64,000 nucleotides of DNA, from assembly GCA_963932905.1 (NCBI GenBank), contig CAWVRN010000013.1:1-64000 (forward strand). The letters are read 5' to 3'. Both the position numbers and the translations under genes were made by a program. Below, in pieces: positions 9,252-18,942 of this stretch; position 1 is the stretch's first letter, and each line of letters starts with the position of its first letter. The notes beneath the pieces were generated by a model. It saw nothing but the letters and a program-made list of their open reading frames with translations, had not been told where the DNA came from and did no database searches. Source of the stretch: an uncultured Bdellovibrio sp. GTDB taxonomy: Bacteria > Bdellovibrionota > Bdellovibrionia > Bdellovibrionales > Bdellovibrionaceae.

Positions 9252-12200
9252 CTATTTCATCTCGATTTCATCAATAATTTTGGCCCGTCCATCTCCAGCC
9301 TCGCTATAGAATGTAGCTGTAGTCTGAGCATCTGTTATTTTACTTATAACGATAAACCGACCGAACTGCTTTTTAATTTTTTCAATTTGCGCCGTCGTAC
9401 CTTTCGTGAAATTTAAGTCTATAACGTAAGACCAGGCAAAGTTGTGATGGGCCGGAGCATACAGTAGACCATTCTTATCTACAGAAAATATACCAGCATC
9501 TTTTGTTACTACATTTACACCGGTCACGTTTTTAAACATAGTCTTCTGAAGGGTTCCACCATTGATCAAAAGAGTATCCTCACTAAATGTAAATTCGAAT
9601 TTTCCATCGGATGACACTAATTTTTGTAGCTCTGACTGTGGTGTAACAACTTGATCATCTTTGACAGAGTAGCCTGCCTGGAATCTAGTGTTACTGCCAA
9701 ACTTTTGCGGCCATTTAGCAGCACTAAAATCTATAAAATACCGGTACTGTGAAGGATTTAAAATTGGTTGTGCTGTTTTTCCTGCGGCATCTACAGAAAA
9801 AATAAAATCACACGAAATGAATGTTTCGCCTAAAATCGGATGATTTACTTTAATCTGAACTGTAAGCTTGCGACCTTTTTGTGAAGTGCCACTTTCATAG
9901 TCTTCCAAGTTATAGCGCGTACCTAGAATTTTTAGATCAACAATGCCGGCATTACTTTCCGATTTAATTGATTTAACTAAAACTGAACCCGGTGTTTTCA
10001 AGTCTTCTAGGGAAATCGTGTTAATTTCCAAGTGAAGTCGTTTCGGCAACTGATAGACAAGAAGTCCTTCGGGATTTTCGGGTTGCGCTAGTTCCATTTT
10101 ATAGGATCCACCCAAGACAGTAACCGTTTTCTCAGGAAACCCAATGCGTTCAGGAACTGGACGAGCCTGCTTGAAGTACAGCTTGCGTCGTCCATTTTCG
10201 CTAACCACTTTCCATTCGAAATCAAGTCCATCCTCTGGCTTTTGATTTTTCGGCCAAGCGGCCATTAGAGTTTGCATCAAAGTGGTAAGTTGACGGTATT
10301 CATCCTCCAATAAAAGTGTGCGCCCCTCTGGAACTTCTGTGGATTTCGTTTTAATTTCTAATCTATAGGGTTCAGAAGGATCGTAAGCCTTTTGTACTAA
10401 CATAGTTTCAGGAACAACGCCCAACGGAGCCGCAGTAACCTCAAGGTCTTCGCCAGGAAAACCTGTAATTTCAGATAGGAAATCTTTGTTTGAATCCAAC
10501 TTCAAAATGGCGACTCCGTTAGCCAATTCACCTTTGAAAGATTTTTGCATCAATATCGCCATGCCCACCGATGCCTCAACAATTCCAAATTGTTTTCGCG
10601 CTAAGTAGGCTCGTTCGTTAAATACTGATGACCAAACTGTTTTAATCGCTTTTGAAATTGATTCAGGATCTGAAATTGACCCGCCTTTAGAGTCATACAA
10701 TCCCGCGCCATTGAAGCCCTTAAGATCTTCAACATTACTACTACTCCGAAATTTGATCTTTTCTACCCCAGGAAAATTATGTTTTAGATTTTTGACAATT
10801 GTTGCAAGAATCGGCTCGGGAATTTTAGCGGCCAGTATGGCCTCGCGGATTGATTTAAGTAAAATCGATGTGTCGCTTGAAGAAGCCGTTTCTAATCGAG
10901 CTATTCGTTGTTGAATAAAACTAGCTAACGACTCTGTTGTGGTACCGACTCGAGCTTCCGCTAAAAATTGTCTATAGTAGTAGATTGGTAGTCCTAGGGC
11001 AATCTCCGCAGAATTGTTCGGTAAAACTCTTTGAATTAGTCCTAAACCAACTGACTTGGCTCCGTAGGCTGCCACAGAATCCGCGGTTAGAGAACTCACA
11101 GGTACTATTCTGCTTTCGGTTAGATCAATTGCTGGCGATCCCAATTTGGACGGTGATTTCAGTTTTCTTAGAGAGTTTTCGTCTGAATCCTTGATCGGTT
11201 GTATTTCTATTTTTTGAGTTTGTGCTTCCGAGTGTTTTTCAGCCGAAAAATATACATTTTGGCCATCGAGATGAGCATATTTCAAAGATGCGTCTTTCTG
11301 GTAAGCAAAGGGAATTTGGTACATTTGACTTAATAGAGCAATGTGACTTGAGGGCGTAGTTGGCTCCTTTACGATTACCCCTGAAACTTGAGGTAACTCT
11401 CTAGGCGCTTCGTCTAAAATCAAAATGTCAGAACTAGAGATTGTCTTCTGGGCGACTGCCGCAGAAAACTCGGCTGGAGACAGGATTTTTATGCGCCCAA
11501 CTGACCAATTGGAAGAATAGACCTCAACTTGACTTTTGCTGACTTCTGGAAAGCTTAAATTAACTTTTGCAGACTTAAATAGATCCGCCTGCCTTGTGTA
11601 TTCCTCTGTTGCTTTTCGTGGAACTATCAATCTAATGTCATTCAAACCTTGAGTTGAACTGACCAACAGCTTCATAGCTTCGATTACGTCGGAAGCAGGC
11701 ATTACCCCATCGTTAACCCAATCAACATGATACTCTTGTGGCTTGCTATAGTCGCCCTCATTATTTTTCAATAGAACAGTGCCAAGCAAAAACTTTCGCC
11801 CTTTAGCATTCAATGTTATTTTATCTATCGCGTTGGTATCAGCTTGTGGAAAAAAACGTTCGATTAAAAACAAGGCATGAAATGGATATTTGTTAGTATC
11901 AAAGAAATAGACTTCTCCCAGCTTCCCATTTTCTTCAACGCGTACTGCGAACTTCAAAAACGAAGGATATGTCTGATCCGAGCTGTATTTAGCAAGACGA
12001 TAAAAATCTGTTTCATTTAATTTTGAAACTACCAAAGTATCTGATTCGAGCTTCACTACTTTTGGGGACTTTTTTTTAGACGCGCTCTTAGTATAAAACG
12101 AAATACATTTGTGGGATTGCTTCGTAGTTTCTCCAAATACAAGAGGACTTGTAATAAGGGCTGAAACAAAAAATTTAATCGAGTTTTGCAAAAGACTCAT
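9252..12200 (-). CDS. PEP/pyruvate-binding (ATP-grasp) dikinase-like protein with signal peptide
   Basis: FRSSSNVEDLKGFNGAGLYDS, AIKTVWSSVFNERAY, DFEW..KQARP; upstream PSSHIALLS phospho-His-like motif. Confidence 0.8.
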   Translation of the reverse strand: MSLLQNSIKFFVSALITSPLVFGETTKQSHKCISFYTKSASKKKSPKVVKLESDTLVVSKLNETDFYRLAKYSSDQTYPSFLKFAVRVEENGKLGEVYFFDTNKYPFHALFLIERFFPQADTNAIDKITLNAKGRKFLLGTVLLKNNEGDYSKPQEYHVDWVNDGVMPASDVIEAMKLLVSSTQGLNDIRLIVPRKATEEYTRQADLFKSAKVNLSFPEVSKSQVEVYSSNWSVGRIKILSPAEFSAAVAQKTISSSDILILDEAPRELPQVSGVIVKEPTTPSSHIALLSQMYQIPFAYQKDASLKYAHLDGQNVYFSAEKHSEAQTQKIEIQPIKDSDENSLRKLKSPSKLGSPAIDLTESRIVPVSSLTADSVAAYGAKSVGLGLIQRVLPNNSAEIALGLPIYYYRQFLAEARVGTTTESLASFIQQRIARLETASSSDTSILLKSIREAILAAKIPEPILATIVKNLKHNFPGVEKIKFRSSSNVEDLKGFNGAGLYDSKGGSISDPESISKAIKTVWSSVFNERAYLARKQFGIVEASVGMAILMQKSFKGELANGVAILKLDSNKDFLSEITGFPGEDLEVTAAPLGVVPETMLVQKAYDPSEPYRLEIKTKSTEVPEGRTLLLEDEYRQLTTLMQTLMAAWPKNQKPEDGLDFEWKVVSENGRRKLYFKQARPVPERIGFPEKTVTVLGGSYKMELAQPENPEGLLVYQLPKRLHLEINTISLEDLKTPGSVLVKSIKSESNAGIVDLKILGTRYNLEDYESGTSQKGRKLTVQIKVNHPILGETFISCDFIFSVDAAGKTAQPILNPSQYRYFIDFSAAKWPQKFGSNTRFQAGYSVKDDQVVTPQSELQKLVSSDGKFEFTFSEDTLLINGGTLQKTMFKNVTGVNVVTKDAGIFSVDKNGLLYAPAHHNFAWSYVIDLNFTKGTTAQIEKIKKQFGRFIVISKITDAQTTATFYSEAGDGRAKIIDEIEMK

Positions 12201-12384
12201 AATAAAGACACCTTTACAAATATTATTGGAAGAATTTCCCTTTATTCGAATGGAGACCGGTTGACAGCTTGCCGATAGAGCAAATCTCGCTCCGAAATGA
12301 AATCGCCATAAACTTGAAAGGAAGGTGCACTGGTGCCTAAATGATTTCCACTTAAGCCATTGAAAGGCACTGTAAAAAAGTTAG

Positions 12385-13644
12385 TCAGAGGGATGTTTGA
12401 ATCGTGCGGTCTTCTTTTTTTTGATGTGATTTTTGTACCCAATACAATAAACCCATTCCCGGTAATGCAATCAAGGCACAAGAATAAAAAAACCATTCCC
12501 ACCCAAATTCTTTAACCATGATTCCTGAAAATCCCGAAAAAAAGTTTCGACCTAATGTGGCGATACTAGAAAGAACAGCGAACTGAGTCGCAGTATAATT
12601 CCTGTTAGTAATCGAAGCTAGGTAGGCAATAAACGCCGAAGAACCCATCCCTGCTGTGATATCTTCGAAAATGACGGCGAATGCAAGCGCCCACTTCTCA
12701 GGACCCGTGTAGGTAATTAAAGCAAAAGAGGCGGTAGACAAAGCTTGTAGAACTCCAAAAATCCAAAGCGATCGCAATATTCCAATTTTATAGATTGTGA
12801 TCCCACCTATAAACAGACCCACCATGGAAGATATCAAGCCAAATGTCTTTGCAATCAACGCAATGTCTTCTTTTTGATAACCCATTTCTTTGTAGAACGG
12901 ACTCAGCATAGAACCTGAAAGCGCGTCTCCTAATTTAAAAAAGAATACAAATAGAAGAATTAACATTGCGCCATTTCGCTGAATAAATTCTTTGAATGGT
13001 TCAATCACAGATTCGCGTAATGTTTTTGATTTGTAATCTACATTTTTAGATTCTTTCGAATACAGAGTTGTTCCGATACCAACACCCATCAGCAGTGCCA
13101 TGATCCAGTATACTTGGGTCCATGACATATAGGCCGCCATCCCAAGGGCGACTCCGCTTGAAATCAACATACCGATTCGATAACCATACATATTCATAGA
13201 AGAGCCAAATCCTAGCTCTTTATCATCTAAATATTCTCTACGAAAAGCATCATAGGCGATATCTTGGGTAGCACTAAAAAAGGCGATCCAAACACTGATA
13301 GCCGCTACTAGCGCCAAAGATTCTTTGGGATCCAGAATACCTACAACCATTAAACCTAGGGCTATCGCGATTTGAGATAGCACCATCCAGGACCGTCTGC
13401 GTCCCATTCCAAAAAATGAATAACGATCAGCCAACGGTGCCCAAATAAATTTTAGGGAATAGGCCATTCCGACCCAACCAAAATATCCAATGGTTGTGAT
13501 ATCGACATTAGCTTCAGAAAGCCAAAACTTTAAAGTCGCGCCCGTTAACTGCAACGGCAATCCGCTGGAAAAACCCAACAGAAACGTGATTAGCATTTTT
13601 TTATTAAAAATAAGGGCCAGGAACCCATTTTGTTTTTCAGACAA
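12385..13644 (-). CDS. ampG: AmpG-family muropeptide MFS transporter
   Basis: LGFSSGLPL, KFIWAPLAD, GRRRSW, FSATQDIAYDA, ATQFAVLSS. Confidence 0.9.
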   Translation of the reverse strand: MSEKQNGFLALIFNKKMLITFLLGFSSGLPLQLTGATLKFWLSEANVDITTIGYFGWVGMAYSLKFIWAPLADRYSFFGMGRRRSWMVLSQIAIALGLMVVGILDPKESLALVAAISVWIAFFSATQDIAYDAFRREYLDDKELGFGSSMNMYGYRIGMLISSGVALGMAAYMSWTQVYWIMALLMGVGIGTTLYSKESKNVDYKSKTLRESVIEPFKEFIQRNGAMLILLFVFFFKLGDALSGSMLSPFYKEMGYQKEDIALIAKTFGLISSMVGLFIGGITIYKIGILRSLWIFGVLQALSTASFALITYTGPEKWALAFAVIFEDITAGMGSSAFIAYLASITNRNYTATQFAVLSSIATLGRNFFSGFSGIMVKEFGWEWFFYSCALIALPGMGLLYWVQKSHQKKEDRTIQTSL

Positions 13645-13661
13645 AGAAATCTCCTAGCCTT

Positions 13662-15308
13662 TTACGGTGAATGGATAGCTTGTAAATGATTACGCTTGTG
13701 CATTTTCCATAACAAGTGGCTGATATACGGGCGACGATTTTCGCCAGTCGTTACCATTAAAAGCTTGGTAATTTTTAAATCACCCGCGTCTGTATATAAC
13801 AAAATCATCATCTCTTCGATGTAGTTCGTGTTCAAAGTAATGTAGTTATCTGTTCCTACACCTAATTGAACACCTTTCTTTTCCCACCATGAAAATGGAT
13901 GATCTTTATAATCTTGGAAACGACCCGTTAGCTTGTTGTTTGATGACGGAAGGGAAATCAACGCCACATCTTTTTGAATCAAACGATTTAATACGTCATG
14001 CTGGTAATGTTCTACTTCACGTGCCGTATGGAATTTCGCCTTTAGGAACAGAATTTCTTCTTCAGAACTGAGTGTAACTCCGTTGAGCAGTTTCTCTAGA
14101 ACGAATTTTTTATCACCCCAGTCTAACTCTTTTACCTCTTGATAAACAGGATCTTTAACGTCGATTTTTTCTTCGTTTCTGTTTTTACGGATGACTTCTT
14201 GGTATAGGCGATGAAAATAGGTATTTGGATTAATACCCAAACTAATTCCATGCTCTAACGTATCGATATGCCAGATATTCATGGCGTTATCGACAGCTTG
14301 AATGCCTTTTTTCAATGTATGAAATGTTTCACCGTGGTGGGATCTGATTTTAAATCCACGATATTGCAATTTTCTAAAACCCGCCGACAATTCGTTGAAA
14401 TGTTCTTTTCGGTAGAGTTCTTTTTCATCACCGACCGTGTCGACGTCCGTCATCACCGTTTCCAAGAATGGGTATTTATCCATCATTGTTACAAGCTCGT
14501 CTACTTGCTGCATGAAATGTTCACGGCGTGAACTAAATTTTTCCTTATTGAAATGATGATGTTCTTTACGAAATGACGGCGACAAGGTGAATGTGAAATC
14601 AGGATTTTGCTTTTTGAACTTCATGAATCCTTCGTATAAGCCAAGTACCACATCTTCTGAGCTAACTTCACCCACACCCGGAATTTGTTCCGATGAACTT
14701 GATGTAGAACGCGATAACGAAAATTTCAAACGCACATGTCCTACATTGTATTTATGGTACAATTCACTCGCCATGTGATGAGCCGCATCGATATGTACTT
14801 GTTTGTTAATAAAGATTAACTGCGGAAGGTACAAAATTTTTAAATAGGTCATAAACCCTTCGTTCTCTTTCAAACGAATCAGTTTGTCGATGTCTTCCGG
14901 TGAAGTAATTGGTATGGCCATCGGACCGTAAACCTGCTTGATTTTATCTTCGTAAATTTTACGATTAGGTCCTTCCAACAATACTTTCAATCGAGGAAAA
15001 ATAAATTCGCCGGTGATCGAACCCGTTAAATGAATATGCTCTTCTCGGTATTTCAAAGGAAAGTTTTTAAAGAATTCAAATAAGGCGTTAGAAAAACTAT
15101 GCTCTAACAACTGATTGATCTGAATTTTATTGGTACGGAACAAATCCAGTAACTCGCGAAATTCTTTTATCTCGTTGTTTACTTCGGGATGTTTCTTATG
15201 CAAATCAGAATTTAATAATAAATTTAGAGTATCGATTAAACTAACACCATTGGTTTCACCAATCATGTTAGTCAGGTATTTGACTAAAACTTTTTGCATA
15301 TCGCGCAT
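13662..15308 (-). CDS. Adenosine/AMP deaminase-like amidohydrolase
   Basis: EHIHLTGS, HHGET, LEHG, LPSSN, VGTDN metal and catalytic motifs. Confidence 0.75.
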   Translation of the reverse strand: MRDMQKVLVKYLTNMIGETNGVSLIDTLNLLLNSDLHKKHPEVNNEIKEFRELLDLFRTNKIQINQLLEHSFSNALFEFFKNFPLKYREEHIHLTGSITGEFIFPRLKVLLEGPNRKIYEDKIKQVYGPMAIPITSPEDIDKLIRLKENEGFMTYLKILYLPQLIFINKQVHIDAAHHMASELYHKYNVGHVRLKFSLSRSTSSSSEQIPGVGEVSSEDVVLGLYEGFMKFKKQNPDFTFTLSPSFRKEHHHFNKEKFSSRREHFMQQVDELVTMMDKYPFLETVMTDVDTVGDEKELYRKEHFNELSAGFRKLQYRGFKIRSHHGETFHTLKKGIQAVDNAMNIWHIDTLEHGISLGINPNTYFHRLYQEVIRKNRNEEKIDVKDPVYQEVKELDWGDKKFVLEKLLNGVTLSSEEEILFLKAKFHTAREVEHYQHDVLNRLIQKDVALISLPSSNNKLTGRFQDYKDHPFSWWEKKGVQLGVGTDNYITLNTNYIEEMMILLYTDAGDLKITKLLMVTTGENRRPYISHLLWKMHKRNHLQAIHSP

Positions 15309-15316
15309 GGGGTACC

Positions 15317-15772
15317 CTACTTTCCAAGAATCCTTTTGTACATAACTTTGTGAGGACCAATATCGGGCAACTCGAACATTTCGCCACTAAATTGAAATCC
15401 ATTCGATTTATAAAAAGGAAATGCTTTGAATCGAGCGTTACACCACAACAGATCGCAACGTTTGTCTTTTAGATAATCGATCACTGACATTAATAGTGCA
15501 CCACCAAAACCCTGTCCTTGATATTTAATATCGCTGGCCATGCCACGCAGACGGTAAGGAAATCCACAATAAAGATCTTTATTTGATTCTGGAAAAACAG
15601 TCGCGACCGAAATGAGTTTGTCGGTATAAAATAGACCGAAGTGTTTCGTGGTCGGCAGCATATCCTCTGGATTAACACATTCTTTTTTGCTCAAGAACGG
15701 CTTCAAGATTTTTTGTCTCAAATCCAAAGTTTGCTCGGTGGTAATTAAATCAATTTTGTAATTAAAAATCAT
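15317..15772 (-). CDS. GNAT N-acetyltransferase
   Basis: RLRGMA..YQGQGFG..WCNAR..FY. Confidence 0.9.
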   Translation of the reverse strand: MIFNYKIDLITTEQTLDLRQKILKPFLSKKECVNPEDMLPTTKHFGLFYTDKLISVATVFPESNKDLYCGFPYRLRGMASDIKYQGQGFGGALLMSVIDYLKDKRCDLLWCNARFKAFPFYKSNGFQFSGEMFELPDIGPHKVMYKRILGK

Positions 15773-15811
15773 GCCTTAACAATCAGCTCTATTTTAAAAA
15801 CTCAATCGTCA

Positions 15812-16333
15812 TTATGACGCTTGTGTATTTAAATATTGAAGCCAATTATCAGGTATTTGTCCATGCCTGAATTCAAAATCGACAAATGGAAGCCATTGAG
15901 GTGCCTTTGGAATAGTTAGTAGAGGCATTTGAGCTTGAGCTGGAGTCCGATTTGCTTTTTTCTGATTACAGTCGCGGCATGCAGTTACTACGTTGGTCCA
16001 GCTTTTTTCGCCTTTTTTAGAGGCTGGGACCACATGATCTAAAGTTAATTGCTTGTATGAAAATTTTTCGGCGCAATATTGACAGATAAAATCATCTCTT
16101 AAATAAACATTTTCTCGGCAGAAACGAATTGAATTTTTATTCTTCAGGCGAACATAGGATTTAAGACGAAGTACGCTAGGTAGTTGGAATTTGTCCCTTG
16201 CGGAACGAGCGTAATCTTTATGATACTCAAGGATTTCAACTTTGTTTTGGAACCAAAGTATAATTGCCTTTTGCCAGCTAACGACCCGTATTGGTTCATA
16301 GCTAGAGTTCAATAACAGAGATCTAGAATTCAT
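15812..16333 (-). CDS. HNH endonuclease (McrA-like)
   Basis: LLLNSSYEP, RDDFICQYC, LTLDHVVP, WTNVVTACRDCNQKK. Confidence 0.92.
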   Translation of the reverse strand: MNSRSLLLNSSYEPIRVVSWQKAIILWFQNKVEILEYHKDYARSARDKFQLPSVLRLKSYVRLKNKNSIRFCRENVYLRDDFICQYCAEKFSYKQLTLDHVVPASKKGEKSWTNVVTACRDCNQKKANRTPAQAQMPLLTIPKAPQWLPFVDFEFRHGQIPDNWLQYLNTQAS

Positions 16334-16502
16334 TTCCCCCCCGTTTAAATGAGGCCAGCCGAATTTCGATCAGGCTTAAGCTTAATTCTATTATATTTGG
16401 TTTTTTTGTTGATTTTCAAGGGTGTTGGTTGAATAAAGACCTTATTAATTGTCTTCTGTTGGACTCATAAACCACAGCCAGACCCAACAATAAGGATTCT
16501 TT

Positions 16503-16979
16503 ATGTCGAAACGTGTATTCGCCTTTAACTACGTACTAAAATCAACCAATGGAGATCTATTAGATGCGTCTGAAAAGAACCAGCCATTACCGTTTTTAGA
16601 GGGGGCGTCTCAAATTCTACCAGCCCTTGAAAAAGAAATCTTAACAATGTCCGAAGGCGATAAAAAGCACGTTAAATTAAATCCCGAAGAAGCGTATGGT
16701 CCTCAGTCAGATAAAATGATTATGGACGTTGAGAAGCATGAATTAGCTCACATTCCCGACTTAAATATTGGCTCGTTTCTGCAACTCGATTTACAAAATC
16801 AAACGAAAGTTGTTCGCGTTTCTAAAATCACGGACACACACGTTACACTCGACGGCAATCACCCGCTGGCAGGCCAGTCTCTAGAGTTTGATATCGAGTT
16901 AGTTCTTGTACGTCCAGCGACACAAGTCGAACTAACACATGGTCATGCACACGGTTTGCATGGAACAAGTCATCACTAA
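16503..16979 (+). CDS. slyD: FKBP-type peptidyl-prolyl isomerase SlyD
   Basis: PEEAYG, LDGNHPLAGQSLEF, His-rich tail. Confidence 0.92.
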   Translation: MSKRVFAFNYVLKSTNGDLLDASEKNQPLPFLEGASQILPALEKEILTMSEGDKKHVKLNPEEAYGPQSDKMIMDVEKHELAHIPDLNIGSFLQLDLQNQTKVVRVSKITDTHVTLDGNHPLAGQSLEFDIELVLVRPATQVELTHGHAHGLHGTSHH

Positions 16980-17134
16980 ACTAGATCACTCGGTTACGAT
17001 TTTGGGTTTACTTATTTTTTTTTTTAATCTAGGCTAAATCTTGTCCGCGTTACTTATGTGTCTTTGCTAAAATGTGCACCATGGTTCCTGCGGGTGAATA
17101 ACCCATTTAGTTTACGTTTTGAAAAGGAGGAACG

Positions 17135-17503
17135 ATGGGAAAAAAGATTTATGTAGGTAATTTGTCTTTTTCTGTAAGTGAAGAATTATTGAATTCTACT
17201 TTCGCACAATTTGGCGCAGTAGATTCAGCTAAAATCATCACTGATCGCGAAACTGGCCGCTCTAAAGGTTTTGGTTTCGTAGAAATGGCATCTGATTCAG
17301 ACGCTGATCAAGCGATTGAAAAACTAAATGGACAAGACCTTAATGGTCGTAACATGAACGTTTCTGAAGCTCGTCCACAAGAGGATCGTCCTCGTGGTGG
17401 TGGTGGCGGACGCGGTGGCTTCGGCGGCGGTGGTCGTGGAGGCGGCGGCGGAGGCCGTGGTGGTTTCGGTGGTGGCGGCGGACGCGGTGGCGGCCGAGGT
17501 TAA
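17135..17503 (+). CDS. RRM RNA-binding protein with Gly/Arg-rich tail
   Basis: IYVGNL (RNP2), KGFGFVEM (RNP1), RGG tail. Confidence 0.95.
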   Translation: MGKKIYVGNLSFSVSEELLNSTFAQFGAVDSAKIITDRETGRSKGFGFVEMASDSDADQAIEKLNGQDLNGRNMNVSEARPQEDRPRGGGGGRGGFGGGGRGGGGGGRGGFGGGGGRGGGRG

Positions 17504-17557
17504 CACCTGACTACTTAGCTGGTAACTATACTTTTAGTATTGTTTTCTAACTAATAT

Positions 17558-17613
17558 GACCTTTGATTTTGCTAAACTCCTAACGGATCTTTAGAATAAT
17601 CAAAGGTCTTTTT
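17558..17613 (+). terminator. Intrinsic terminator
   Basis: gacctttgatt..aatcaaaggtc followed by a T-tract. Confidence 0.6.
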
Positions 17614-17630
17614 ATTTCTGGAGAACAATC

Positions 17631-18248
17631 ATGAATAAAATTTTTTCTAGTATTTTCTTTTCTCTTATTTTCATTTCAATGGCTGCTTACTCGGCAGAAA
17701 GATCATTAGTCTTCCTGGGAGACTCACTGACAGAGGGTTACGGGGTAGATCAGGAATCTGCTTATTCAAATTTAATTCAGAAAAAAATCAAAGACGACAA
17801 AATGGATTGGAAAGTGATCAATTCAGGAATCAGTGGTTCCACTTCGGCATCGGGCCCAAGTCGGGCTAAATGGTTACTGAAAGCAAAAGATAAACCCAGT
17901 TTAGTTGTCGTTGTGTTAGGTGCAAATGATGGTTTGCGCGGATTGCCAGTAGATAGTGTCAAAAAGAACTTAAACGAAACAGTAAAGATATTGACCGACG
18001 CCAAAGTTAAGACAGTGATAGCTGAACTTTATGTTCCACCAAATTATGGCAAAGACTACTCTGATAAATTCAAAAAAAGTTTCAGCGAAGTTGCTAAAAA
18101 AAATAAAATTCCATTAATGCCTTTCCTTTTAGAAAAAGTGGCTGGTAAAACAGATCTTAATCTATCTGACGGTATTCACCCCAATGAAAAAGGCCATCAA
18201 TTCATCGCGGACGGAATTTATAGCTTTCTAAAAAAATATCTGAACTAG
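17631..18248 (+). CDS. tesA: SGNH arylesterase / acyl-CoA thioesterase I
   Basis: GDSL, GANDG, DGIHPN; adjacent to a ybbAP-like pair. Confidence 0.88.
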   Translation: MNKIFSSIFFSLIFISMAAYSAERSLVFLGDSLTEGYGVDQESAYSNLIQKKIKDDKMDWKVINSGISGSTSASGPSRAKWLLKAKDKPSLVVVVLGANDGLRGLPVDSVKKNLNETVKILTDAKVKTVIAELYVPPNYGKDYSDKFKKSFSEVAKKNKIPLMPFLLEKVAGKTDLNLSDGIHPNEKGHQFIADGIYSFLKKYLN

Positions 18249-18273
18249 CTCTCTACACACGAAGGAAACACCC

Positions 18274-18942
18274 ATGATTCAAGTTGAAAATCTAAAGAAA
18301 AGTTTTAAGCAAAACGAAAATGCCATCGATATTCTAAAAAATTTAAATTTAGAAGTGAAGAAAGGGGAAAAAGTCGGTATTCTTGGTCAATCAGGCAGCG
18401 GCAAATCGACATTCTTAAGTTTGATGTCAGGATTAGATTTTCCAGATTCAGGTGATATTCGTATCAATGGAGTTAGCACCACGACCCTTTCAGAAAAGGA
18501 ATGGACGCAGTTTCGCGCAAAAAATATCAGTATCGTATTTCAACAATATCACTTGGTTGGCCACCTGACCGCGGTAGAAAACGTAATGCTACCTCTTGAA
18601 ATCCTTGGTGCCAGCGAAAAGCAAGCCCAAGAAAAAGCACTAAACCTGCTTGGCGAAGTCGGTTTAAAAGAACGAGCTCACCATTTTCCATATCAATTAA
18701 GCGGTGGTGAATCACAACGTGTTGCCATGGCCCGCGCGCTGATCACAACACCTAATCTTTTATTAGCCGACGAACCCAGCGGAAATTTGGATCAAGAAAC
18801 TGGCCAAAAAGTAATGAATTTGTTTTTTGATATCACGTCTAAATTCAATACGACGACGTTGCTAGTAACTCATAATGAACAGCTGGCTTCCCGCTGCGAC
18901 GTTGTTTACAAACTCAGCCAAGGCCGATTTGAGAAGTTATGA
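18274..18942 (+). CDS. ABC transporter ATP-binding protein (YbbA/LolD-like)
   Basis: GQSGSGKST, LSGGE, LLADEP. Confidence 0.93.
   Translation: MIQVENLKKSFKQNENAIDILKNLNLEVKKGEKVGILGQSGSGKSTFLSLMSGLDFPDSGDIRINGVSTTTLSEKEWTQFRAKNISIVFQQYHLVGHLTAVENVMLPLEILGASEKQAQEKALNLLGEVGLKERAHHFPYQLSGGESQRVAMARALITTPNLLLADEPSGNLDQETGQKVMNLFFDITSKFNTTTLLVTHNEQLASRCDVVYKLSQGRFEKL

Noticed and set aside
15812..16333. HNH nuclease as part of a defence system
   Set aside because: It matches the widespread stand-alone McrA-like HNH type and sits among housekeeping genes, with no methylase or other defence genes nearby
17390..17500. GGC/GGT tandem repeats
   Set aside because: They encode the ordinary Gly/Arg-rich tail of the RRM protein; the antisense 17324-17506 ORF is a shadow
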